DNA of 64,000 nucleotides. It comes from Candidatus Woesearchaeota archaeon (GTDB taxonomy: Archaea; Nanobdellota; Nanobdellia; Pacearchaeales; GW2011-AR1). How positions within the stretch are numbered: position 1 is the first letter of the stretch; each line of letters opens with the position of its first letter. The translations under genes were made by a program, and so were the position numbers. This document shows, piece after piece, positions 56,794-64,000 of the stretch. The notes under the pieces are model-generated. The model searched no databases, was not told where the DNA came from, and was given only the letters and a program-made list of their open reading frames with translations. The stretch is taken from assembly GCA_964538235.1 (NCBI GenBank), contig CAZIFJ010000001.1:31348-95347 (forward strand). The letters are read 5' to 3'.

Positions 56794-56884
56794 ATGTCAA
56801 GGAACTTGACTCCTTGAGCATCCAAAAAACAAGCGCCGAACAAACCACGGCTTTTAAGCCGTGGTGGTGCATTGTTTTTTTGAT
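56794..56884 (+). repeat. Nested palindromic element, family 1 copy 3 (different first hairpin)
   Basis: ATGTCAAGGA-loop-TCCTTGAGCAT followed by the shared second module; overlaps the 3' end of the archaeosortase gene. Confidence 0.9.
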
Positions 56885-57402
56885 CTTTTTATTTCTCTCC
56901 AAATATTTTTAAAATCACTATAAACAGGAATTTCTTTTATTTTAAATAAATAAACATTTCCAAACCAAACACATATAACTAAAATCGTGCTTATAACATA
57001 CCAAAATACTTTATGTGTAATGTCAAAATATTCAAAGCCATTAATCAGCAAAATAGAAAAAATAATTATTCTAATTATATTAAGTAAGAAAAATCCCCCA
57101 ATAATAAATAATAAACTATTAATTCTTTTTCTAATTTTCATAGGTGTTGTCAAATTTAAAATTAACAATAAATAATATGCCGCCCCTGCAACACATGCCT
57201 CAACTATTTCAATTGAATAATCTTTGATAATTAATGTAACAGTTTCTTTTACAATTTCAACATTATAAAACAGCTCTAAAATAAAATAAGAAACATATAA
57301 AGTCAATGGCTCAAAAATTAAATAAATAAAATAAAGACTATTTATTCCTAAAATTAAAGCAAAAAGATATCTTAAAAAAATAAATAAAAATTTATTATTC
57401 AT
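56854..57402 (-). CDS. Archaeosortase/exosortase family protein
   Basis: IVEACVAG (Cys), LNIIRI (Arg), FDITH (His) triad in a multi-TM protein. Confidence 0.85.
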   Translation of the reverse strand: MNNKFLFIFLRYLFALILGINSLYFIYLIFEPLTLYVSYFILELFYNVEIVKETVTLIIKDYSIEIVEACVAGAAYYLLLILNLTTPMKIRKRINSLLFIIGGFFLLNIIRIIIFSILLINGFEYFDITHKVFWYVISTILVICVWFGNVYLFKIKEIPVYSDFKNIWREIKRSKKQCTTTA

Positions 57403-57546
57403 TAAGAAACTAATTAATTAGGTTTTAAAAACTTAAGCAGTTAAACACTAATAAATTTATATAGGCTTAGATTTTATTCTAATTATGAGCGATGCATTTT
57501 AGAATATTTGCAACCCTATCTTTTAAAGAAATATTTTTACTCATTT

Positions 57547-59502
57547 TTATCTTGAAGAAATTCTTACAGCAACAATAATTATGAATATAATTAATATCAA
57601 ATTAACTATTCCAATTATCCAGATTACTTTGTTGTCTCCGAATACTGATGTTGTTTTTGCTTTTCCTTCAATATTAACTGCAATTTCTTTTGTTTGAGTT
57701 TTTTCATTTGCTGTCAATTCAAGTGTAAATGATTCTTCACCTTCAGCAGATTCGCTTGGAGTGAAAACAATTTCAACATCTTTAGATTCTCCAGCAGTTA
57801 ATGTTACAACTCCGCTTGAAACAGATTTCAATTCTCCCCATGTGCTGAATCCTTTAACATCAACAGCATAATTCTTTGTTTCTGTTCCTGTGTTAACAAT
57901 AGTTGTTTTAATTTTCAAATCTTCTCCAACTTTTGCTTCAGATATCAATGAAGCTGTTATCAATGCAATATTTCCGCTTGTAGGTGTAGGAATTGTTGAA
58001 CAGCCAATTACTTGATAAAATATCTTTGTTACTTCATCAGAACTCATTCTATAAAGATCATTTCTATAATCGTATTCTGCATTTAATTCTAAATTATAAG
58101 TCTTATCAACCGCATCTCTTGGAATATCAAAAGTAAAGCTCACGTCAGCATCTTCTCCTTGATCTAAATCACTTTTTATTTCAGCAAAAGTATTTATTTT
58201 TAATTCTTTGTTAAATAAAGTAACTTTAACCTGGTCTTGATCTTCATCTCCAACATTATGAACTTCAGCATCTAATTTTACTGTGTCCCCGCAAACTGCG
58301 GTTTCAGGTGAAATTTTTATATTATTAAAAGCTATAAATTTACCTTCATCTGTTTCTTTATCAGCTGATATTCTATGGAATATTTTATCACTTAAATCAA
58401 CATCAGAACTATCAACACACTGATTAGTTTCTCCCAAATCATCACTGAATGCTTTTACAGCAAGTTTATAATCTCCTTCATCAAAATCCGCAGGAACAAT
58501 AAATTCAAATGTTGCTGTTTCTTTATCATCATGTTTTATACTTCCAAGGTCAACTTCTTCTTCATCAGAACTAACAAAATCTAGATCATTTATTCTGTTT
58601 ATTCCAGAGCCATCAAATAATCCTAATTCAACTTTAACTTCTTTCACACTATTTTCATTATCTAAATTTTCAACATCAATCTCAATTTTAACTTCATCAA
58701 GAGGTTTCCATTCATCATCTTCATCCCCTTCGCTGTTTATATCAAAGCTTCTTATTTTTAGCTTGTTTCCAGCGCTTCCAGATTGACAGAAAGTTTTTGA
58801 TAATGTTAATGCTAATGTTTGAGAGACCGCCCCGCTAACAGAAGCATTTACTGTAACACTATTTGTTCCGAATTTTAAATCATCAAACAAGGTTGGTTTT
58901 ACAATTAAGTCAGGGAAAACTGAAATTGTTCCAGATTCAACTCCAGCGTTTAATGTAACACTATCAGAAGAAAAAGCAACAGGAAAATCTCCAGAATCAG
59001 ATAAGCTAATTGTTAAAGGTTGATTACCAGTGTTTTTTAATTTAATAGAAGCATTTTGTTTTAATGTTAAATCAGAAACTTTTGTTAAAGATAATGTTTT
59101 AGACTGATTTATATTTATTTCAAATAGTTTTGTAGCCGCCACACCATCATCTTGAACTTTTATACTACCAGTTATTATTCCAGAAGAATGTGCAGGAATA
59201 GTTATTGTAGCAGTTATATTTTTTGGGACCCCAACATCAACGCTTACGTTCGTAGCAACATTTCCAGTTATTGTTGCTCCAGAAGGTGAAGTTATAGAAT
59301 TCGTAACAAGAACATTTCCATTTGTATCTCCGCTATTAGTTAATTGAATTGTAATAGGAAATGAACTATCATGATTTACACTTGATGGAGTAAATACTTG
59401 GAAGTCTCCAGAATTAACTGTAACAGTTGCACTCCCAACTCCAGTTAAAATTACTAAAGAAAATAATGCCAAACTTAATAATTTGAATAGTTTGTTTTTC
59501 AT
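57547..59502 (-). CDS. Putative S-layer / Ig-fold surface protein
   Basis: Signal peptide, repeated V.N.G...V beta-sandwich motifs, acidic composition, C-terminal TM + RISSR. Confidence 0.78.
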   Translation of the reverse strand: MKNKLFKLLSLALFSLVILTGVGSATVTVNSGDFQVFTPSSVNHDSSFPITIQLTNSGDTNGNVLVTNSITSPSGATITGNVATNVSVDVGVPKNITATITIPAHSSGIITGSIKVQDDGVAATKLFEININQSKTLSLTKVSDLTLKQNASIKLKNTGNQPLTISLSDSGDFPVAFSSDSVTLNAGVESGTISVFPDLIVKPTLFDDLKFGTNSVTVNASVSGAVSQTLALTLSKTFCQSGSAGNKLKIRSFDINSEGDEDDEWKPLDEVKIEIDVENLDNENSVKEVKVELGLFDGSGINRINDLDFVSSDEEEVDLGSIKHDDKETATFEFIVPADFDEGDYKLAVKAFSDDLGETNQCVDSSDVDLSDKIFHRISADKETDEGKFIAFNNIKISPETAVCGDTVKLDAEVHNVGDEDQDQVKVTLFNKELKINTFAEIKSDLDQGEDADVSFTFDIPRDAVDKTYNLELNAEYDYRNDLYRMSSDEVTKIFYQVIGCSTIPTPTSGNIALITASLISEAKVGEDLKIKTTIVNTGTETKNYAVDVKGFSTWGELKSVSSGVVTLTAGESKDVEIVFTPSESAEGEESFTLELTANEKTQTKEIAVNIEGKAKTTSVFGDNKVIWIIGIVNLILIIFIIIVAVRISSR

Positions 59503-59506
59503 GTTG

Positions 59507-59526
59507 TTGTAATTACGTAATTACAA
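59507..59526. promoter_or_regulatory. Perfect 20-bp palindrome (operator-like)
   Basis: TTGTAATTACGTAATTACAA between the TATA box and the start codon of 57547-59502. Confidence 0.6.
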
Positions 59527-59662
59527 TTACTATTTAAACTTTTCTATTTTACAAAATTAACTATCAATGAGTAGAGAATCAAGAAATTTTTTATTTTTTA
59601 TTGTTTTCCGATAATATAGAAAAGTATAAATAAAATAAAATGTTGAATAAATTATAAAAAAG

Positions 59663-60031
59663 ATGACAATCCGTTCACGTGAAAATTTATTGGGTGCAAG
59701 GGCTTTTCTGGTTGCAGTAATATTAGCAGTTATAGTTGGAATTTTCGCAGGAGATAAAATAAGTCCATTAATTTCTGGAATATTTACTTTATTAGGGTTA
59801 TTATTAGGATATTTAGTTTCCGAAAGAGACGCACAAACATTTCTTTTTGCTTCTGTCTCTTTAGTTTTAGTTAGCTTTGCGGGAATACAGGGATTAGTTA
59901 TCAACGCCGCAATTAGTGGAATAGAAATAGGAAAGTTAGTCTCTTCTGTTTTGAGCACACTCCTTCTTTTATTCGTCCCTTCAACAATCGTCGTAGCATT
60001 AAAATCAGTTTTTGCGATTTCTTATAATTGA
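59663..60031 (+). CDS. 4-TM membrane protein
   Basis: GARAFLVAVILAV...LGLLLGY...FL.ASVSLV...FVP.TIVVALK. Confidence 0.75.
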   Translation: MTIRSRENLLGARAFLVAVILAVIVGIFAGDKISPLISGIFTLLGLLLGYLVSERDAQTFLFASVSLVLVSFAGIQGLVINAAISGIEIGKLVSSVLSTLLLLFVPSTIVVALKSVFAISYN

Positions 60032-60033
60032 TT

Positions 60034-60180
60034 TTATTTATTAGATAGTTTCCAAAGCCGCTCAAAGTATTCTTTAAATGATTTTAATAATTCTTTATTC
60101 TCAATTAAAATAATGAAGGGTATATTTTCTTCGCTAACAGAATATAAAGTAATTCATTGTAAATATTCATTACATTTGGT
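60034..60180 (-). pseudogene. Remnant of a TrmB-like effector-domain C-terminus
   Basis: Manual translation PNVMNIYN / frameshift / ITLYSV...IILIENKELLKSFKEYFERLWKLSNK; no intact 5' part. Confidence 0.5.
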
Positions 60181-60194
60181 ATTATAAAACTTTT

Positions 60195-60575
60195 TTAAGC
60201 CAAGAAATCAACTTTATTCTCTTTTGGTTTAGGTGCAGGAGTTTTATGTATCACTGCAAATTGCGGTGTAGCAATTATAACGTTTTCCCCAAAGCCAGCA
60301 ATTGAGCCTTCAAGAGCATCAACTGTCTTTTTGATTTTTGCAACAGCTCTTTTTAATTCAATAATATCTTTTGTTTTCAAAGGTTTTATATCAATTACAG
60401 CAATTGTATATCCTTCTCTCAACGCGTTTAGAATATCATTTATATCTTCAAAAGTTCTCAAGATAAAAGGCCTTACTGCTACTTTATTTTCTTTAGTTTT
60501 ATTAGATTCTAAATCAATTTCTAAGTAGTCCTCTCCATTTTTCCCACCAAACATCTTTTTAAAATTAAAAACCAT
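60195..60575 (-). CDS. sepF: Cell division protein SepF
   Basis: F.D...IL..LREG.TIAVIDI..L...ELKRAV.KIK......G.IAG....IIATP. Confidence 0.88.
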   Translation of the reverse strand: MVFNFKKMFGGKNGEDYLEIDLESNKTKENKVAVRPFILRTFEDINDILNALREGYTIAVIDIKPLKTKDIIELKRAVAKIKKTVDALEGSIAGFGENVIIATPQFAVIHKTPAPKPKENKVDFLA

Positions 60576-60655
60576 AGCTTTTTTTATAACATTTACTATA
60601 TAAATATTGCTGTGTTTTAAATATTATTTTAAATTAAGATAATTCAAATAGAAAA

Positions 60656-60793
60656 TTAAATTGCTTTTACTTTTACTATCGCTGCTCTCGGTTTAAAAAA
60701 AATTTTTGAGCCGCAATGTGGGCAGACAAATCTTTTTTCAAGAATTTTATTGCTTATTGTTTTTCCACAACTAAAACATTTATATTGAGCCAT
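60656..60793 (-). CDS. rpoP: RNA polymerase subunit Rpo12 (P)
   Basis: Manual translation MAQYKCFSCGKTISNKILEKRFVCPHCGSKIFFKPRAAIVKVKAI; below the ORF-track cutoff. Confidence 0.92.
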   Translation of the reverse strand: MAQYKCFSCGKTISNKILEKRFVCPHCGSKIFFKPRAAIVKVKAI

Positions 60794-60817
60794 ATTTGTT
60801 TGTATTTTTTGGGTTTT

Positions 60818-61477
60818 TTAAATCTGTTGTTTTTCCGATTTCAAACTCTTTGATTTTTTATTTTCAAATTTTCCAGCCGCTTCAAACATTAACATTATCT
60901 CAAAAATATAAGCAATAAGTAATATTAAATATCCTACTAAAATTATAAGTGTCGCGCCAGCAACAATATTCAAAATTCCAGTAGTATTAGCCAATTTTAA
61001 TTTATCCTTCATTTTTCTTATTGCAATTCCAAAAAATATATAATAAACCCCCAAAGCAATCGATATAATTATAAAAAATATAATCGTAACAAATCCAAGA
61101 GTAGTAAGTGCTTGTAAATTTTGCAATTCTTCTACAGAAAGATTGCCAAAATTTCCATGACTTTCAGCAGAAGCAAAGTTCATCCCACTAGATACAAGAT
61201 TTAATAGAATCCCAAAAACAGCAAAAGCAATACTAACCCATGTTAAACTAACAAGAAGTTTATTGTTAAATTTTTTTCCTAATAAAATAAACCCATAAAA
61301 AAAATAAATTGTCAAAACCCCATTTATGATTCCAGATAAACTAAATATTAAATCTAATGATTTTGGTATATCATCGTAATTGTTATACCATATGTAAAAT
61401 CCAGCTGAAACAAAAACTAAAGTAATTATTAAAGAAAAAATTCCACACCATGCTGCAGTTGTTAAAGGTTTTCTCAT
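60818..61477 (-). CDS. Multi-pass membrane protein (DUF996-like)
   Basis: Five to six TMs; TGIL.IVAGATLIILVGY.ILLIA.I.E motif; start moved to 61477. Confidence 0.65.
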   Translation of the reverse strand: MRKPLTTAAWCGIFSLIITLVFVSAGFYIWYNNYDDIPKSLDLIFSLSGIINGVLTIYFFYGFILLGKKFNNKLLVSLTWVSIAFAVFGILLNLVSSGMNFASAESHGNFGNLSVEELQNLQALTTLGFVTIIFFIIISIALGVYYIFFGIAIRKMKDKLKLANTTGILNIVAGATLIILVGYLILLIAYIFEIMLMFEAAGKFENKKSKSLKSEKQQI

Positions 61478-61478
61478 T

Positions 61479-61697
61479 TTATTTTGGAGTATATGCATTT
61501 CCCGCAAAAACTTTTCCAGTTTTCAAGCATTTCCAAATTCCAACAGCAAGTCTTTTTAATTTTCCTCTTGGATGAAATGGAGATTGGTGTATTTTTCTTT
61601 GCTCAGCTTCAACAGCATTAAAATTATTTCTAACTCTTCTGCCATATCCTGGTCCAAATTTTCCAGCCGCCTTGATTTTTTTTGTTTTTGCTCCCAT
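61479..61697 (-). CDS. rpl37ae: 50S ribosomal protein eL43 (L37ae)
   Basis: AAGKFGPGYG, KRLAVGIWKC, FAGNAY.P; lies upstream of rpoP. Confidence 0.92.
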   Translation of the reverse strand: MGAKTKKIKAAGKFGPGYGRRVRNNFNAVEAEQRKIHQSPFHPRGKLKRLAVGIWKCLKTGKVFAGNAYTPK

Positions 61698-61825
61698 TTT
61701 TAATTTAAATCTCAAAGGTTTTTAAACGTTTGCGAAATTTCAAAATTTTAATCAATTAAAATCTTTTTCATTTCATAAATCTTCGAAAACAAAATATTTA
61801 AATACATAATTATTTATTTAAATAC

Positions 61826-64000
61826 ATGAAAAAAGAGAAAATCTTAGTATTTTTTATTTTTTTATTTTTTTTAATAGCATTTGTTTCTGCTAACACTTAT
61901 TTATCTGATGTTTATTTTACTGTTCCTGATACTCTTTATACTACAAATGAAAGTATAGAGTTTAAAGGATATATTTATCAGAATAACAGCGACGGAAATT
62001 CTTCTACTTATGGGGCGCTTGCAAATGCCTCAGTTAATTTTACAATTAAATATAGCAACGGAACTTATTTTTCTAATTATACTTTTACAACAGACTCTAC
62101 TGGAGCTTTTTATTCAGAAAGTAATTATTATTCTGGAGCGAAAAATATCAGTGCCCCCTTAACTAACGGAACATATATTTTAAGAGCCCAATATAATGAT
62201 TCAAACAATAATGTTTCTTTTTCTGAAATAGAAGTTTCTGTTGTTAATCAAACTTTGGACGTTTTAAAAATCAAACCAAATAAAGCAGTATATAATCCTT
62301 CTGAGTCTATGAGCGCTGAAGTAGAAGCAGTTCGTTTAGTTGGAGATAAAATTTTATATGTCGCAAATATTTCTGTAAATGGAAGCGTAGTCAATTCAAC
62401 TAAAGTAGCTATTCAAGGTTTTAATTGCACAACAGGAAATGATGGAAAGTGTTCTATTAGTTTAACTTCTCCTTCTTCATATGGAGACTATTTTTTAGAG
62501 ATAGGGGATTTCAAAACATTCAGTTCTTTTTCTGTTATTCCTTTTTCTTATGGGATTTATGTAAAAGATGATACAACAAGTAGTTTAAAAAATATTTTTT
62601 CTTTGGGAGAAAAAGCAAAAGTTGAAGTTAAAATTAATAATGCTTCAAGTTCGGATATTTACACATTTTCTGGATATATCGCTGATTCTGCTGGGAATTC
62701 CATTAAATCTATTACCTCTTCTGTTTTAAACAGCACAAATTCTTTTACAAATAGTTATTCATTCACAGTTGATGCTTTGACATTTGGCTATGGTCCTTAT
62801 CTTGTTTATATTACTGTATCTAAATCTGGAGATGGAAGTATTACTTCATTGTCTTCTTTTAGTGTTCAGGATTGGGTTTTATCTGTTGAGAAAAAAACTT
62901 CTAATTCAGGATTTGAGTACGAATATAGTGCGTTTTCAAATAAAACTTTAAGATTTCAAGCTTCTCCATCTTATAGATTAAATGGCTCTATTATTCCAGA
63001 AATTAATTTTTCTTTTTTTACAATTAGTTTGAAAGATAGTTTGAATAATGTTGTTGCATCAGCAAATACATCATGGAATGCAACTTGCGGTAAATCTGGA
63101 TGCTATGAATACTCTTTAGTCTCTCCACTTTATCTTGGAAAGTATTATATTTCTACAACTCTTTCTCATTCTGGAGATAGTCAAATCGATACAAAAGTTG
63201 TTAATATTATTTCTGGAGCTATGTCCGGACAATCAACTGACAAAGACGGAACTCTCAAAGAACTTTTTGGAACAAATGAATATGTTTATCTTTCTCTATC
63301 ATCTTATAACGCGACAAGCACAAGTTTTAATTTAAGTGACGCTGAAATTTTTCTCGTTAGTTATATGAATGGAACTGCTTTTTCCTATACAAAGTTAAAT
63401 AATTTTACCGCAATAAATTCTTCTAATAATATTAGTGAGTGGGCTTGGAATTCAACTTTGCAAAGATTTAAACTTGATGTTCCTAAGATTGGAGGAGTCT
63501 ACGATGTTTTCATTTTTGGAAATAATAGAACATTAGGAGCAGAAACTAAATTTATTGTAAATCCTTATGATGTTTGTTCTTCTGCGAAAAATACTCCTGG
63601 AAATGTTTCTTCTGGATATTATTATGTTTATCAATTCAAAACAAGTGATACTGTTTATTTTGAATTAAAATTAACACAAGCCAACAACCCTACAGGAAAA
63701 GCCACCGCATCTAACATAACAAATAGCTCTTATGGAAAAGGCGCCGCGTGTTCTATCGATACTACAACAAAACAGGTTGTTAGCAACGCAACTATCTCTG
63801 TTGTTGAAGTTAAAAATCTTGAAACTGGCTCTTTGCAAATATTAAACACAACTGAAACAATTTGTCAAGCAAGTGATAGTTCTGGAGCATATTCTTGTAC
63901 TGTTAAACCACTTTCAAAATGGGACGGCGGAATTAATATTATTAAATTTAATATTCAAGGGACAGATGGTTCTTCTTCAATTTATTATTCTAATTTTGAA
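61826..64000 (+). CDS. Very large secreted surface glycoprotein (N-terminal part, runs off window)
   Basis: MKKEKILVFFIFLFFLIAFVSA signal; reading frame appears open to the window end; Ser/Thr/Asn-rich with many NxS/T sites and MG2-like Y..GE / TD..G.F repeats. Confidence 0.8.
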   Translation, partial: MKKEKILVFFIFLFFLIAFVSANTYLSDVYFTVPDTLYTTNESIEFKGYIYQNNSDGNSSTYGALANASVNFTIKYSNGTYFSNYTFTTDSTGAFYSESNYYSGAKNISAPLTNGTYILRAQYNDSNNNVSFSEIEVSVVNQTLDVLKIKPNKAVYNPSESMSAEVEAVRLVGDKILYVANISVNGSVVNSTKVAIQGFNCTTGNDGKCSISLTSPSSYGDYFLEIGDFKTFSSFSVIPFSYGIYVKDDTTSSLKNIFSLGEKAKVEVKINNASSSDIYTFSGYIADSAGNSIKSITSSVLNSTNSFTNSYSFTVDALTFGYGPYLVYITVSKSGDGSITSLSSFSVQDWVLSVEKKTSNSGFEYEYSAFSNKTLRFQASPSYRLNGSIIPEINFSFFTISLKDSLNNVVASANTSWNATCGKSGCYEYSLVSPLYLGKYYISTTLSHSGDSQIDTKVVNIISGAMSGQSTDKDGTLKELFGTNEYVYLSLSSYNATSTSFNLSDAEIFLVSYMNGTAFSYTKLNNFTAINSSNNISEWAWNSTLQRFKLDVPKIGGVYDVFIFGNNRTLGAETKFIVNPYDVCSSAKNTPGNVSSGYYYVYQFKTSDTVYFELKLTQANNPTGKATASNITNSSYGKGAACSIDTTTKQVVSNATISVVEVKNLETGSLQILNTTETICQASDSSGAYSCTVKPLSKWDGGINIIKFNIQGTDGSSSIYYSNFE

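Noticed and set aside
17539..56884. Repeats as a CRISPR array
   Set aside because: Copies are dispersed over kilobases, with no regular repeat-spacer period and no cas genes.
60865..61670. 16-bp match CAAATTTTCCAGCCGC between the DUF996-like gene and rpl37ae
   Set aside because: A single short match encoding AAGKF in both; cannot be told from chance without comparative data.
21..63335. Numerous short antisense or nested ORFs in the track (e.g. 21-209, 2643-2960, 9606-9971, 36901-37260, 53260-53532, 59557-59958, 63135-63335)
   Set aside because: They are shadows of well-supported genes on the other strand or frame and have no recognisable motifs.

Overview
AT-rich archaeal chromosome segment with no rRNA, CRISPR array, transposase or integrase. 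Gene content suggests a DPANN archaeon, most likely Pacearchaeota (inference from the fused PriS-PriL primase, archaeosortase, many class III pilins and S-layer genes). Housekeeping genes: rpl4/rpl3, PCNA, primase, TrxB, CCA-adding enzyme, aCPSF1, proteasome beta, Mre11/Rad50, ArgRS, Pop5, SepF, rpoP, rpl37ae, SRP RNA and an intron-containing tRNA-Thr(CGT). It also holds a type IV pilus locus with about 11 pilin-like genes and a defence island (type IIG RM, HicAB, HEPN-MNT). Main unexplained signals: (1) two families of dispersed, modular, co-varying hairpin elements, all in one orientation, with similar hairpins making up the tRNA intron; (2) a defence island made of repeated units of RM 3'-tail, cargo genes, a 25-bp motif and a TA pair; (3) a 54-bp in-frame piece of oapC inside an unrelated gene flanked by direct repeats; (4) an orphan DGR-target-like C-type-lectin gene; (5) an ArmA/Rmt-like rRNA methyltransferase; (6) structured leaders upstream of rpl3 and the S-layer gene. 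All family assignments come from motif recognition by eye, not database searches.
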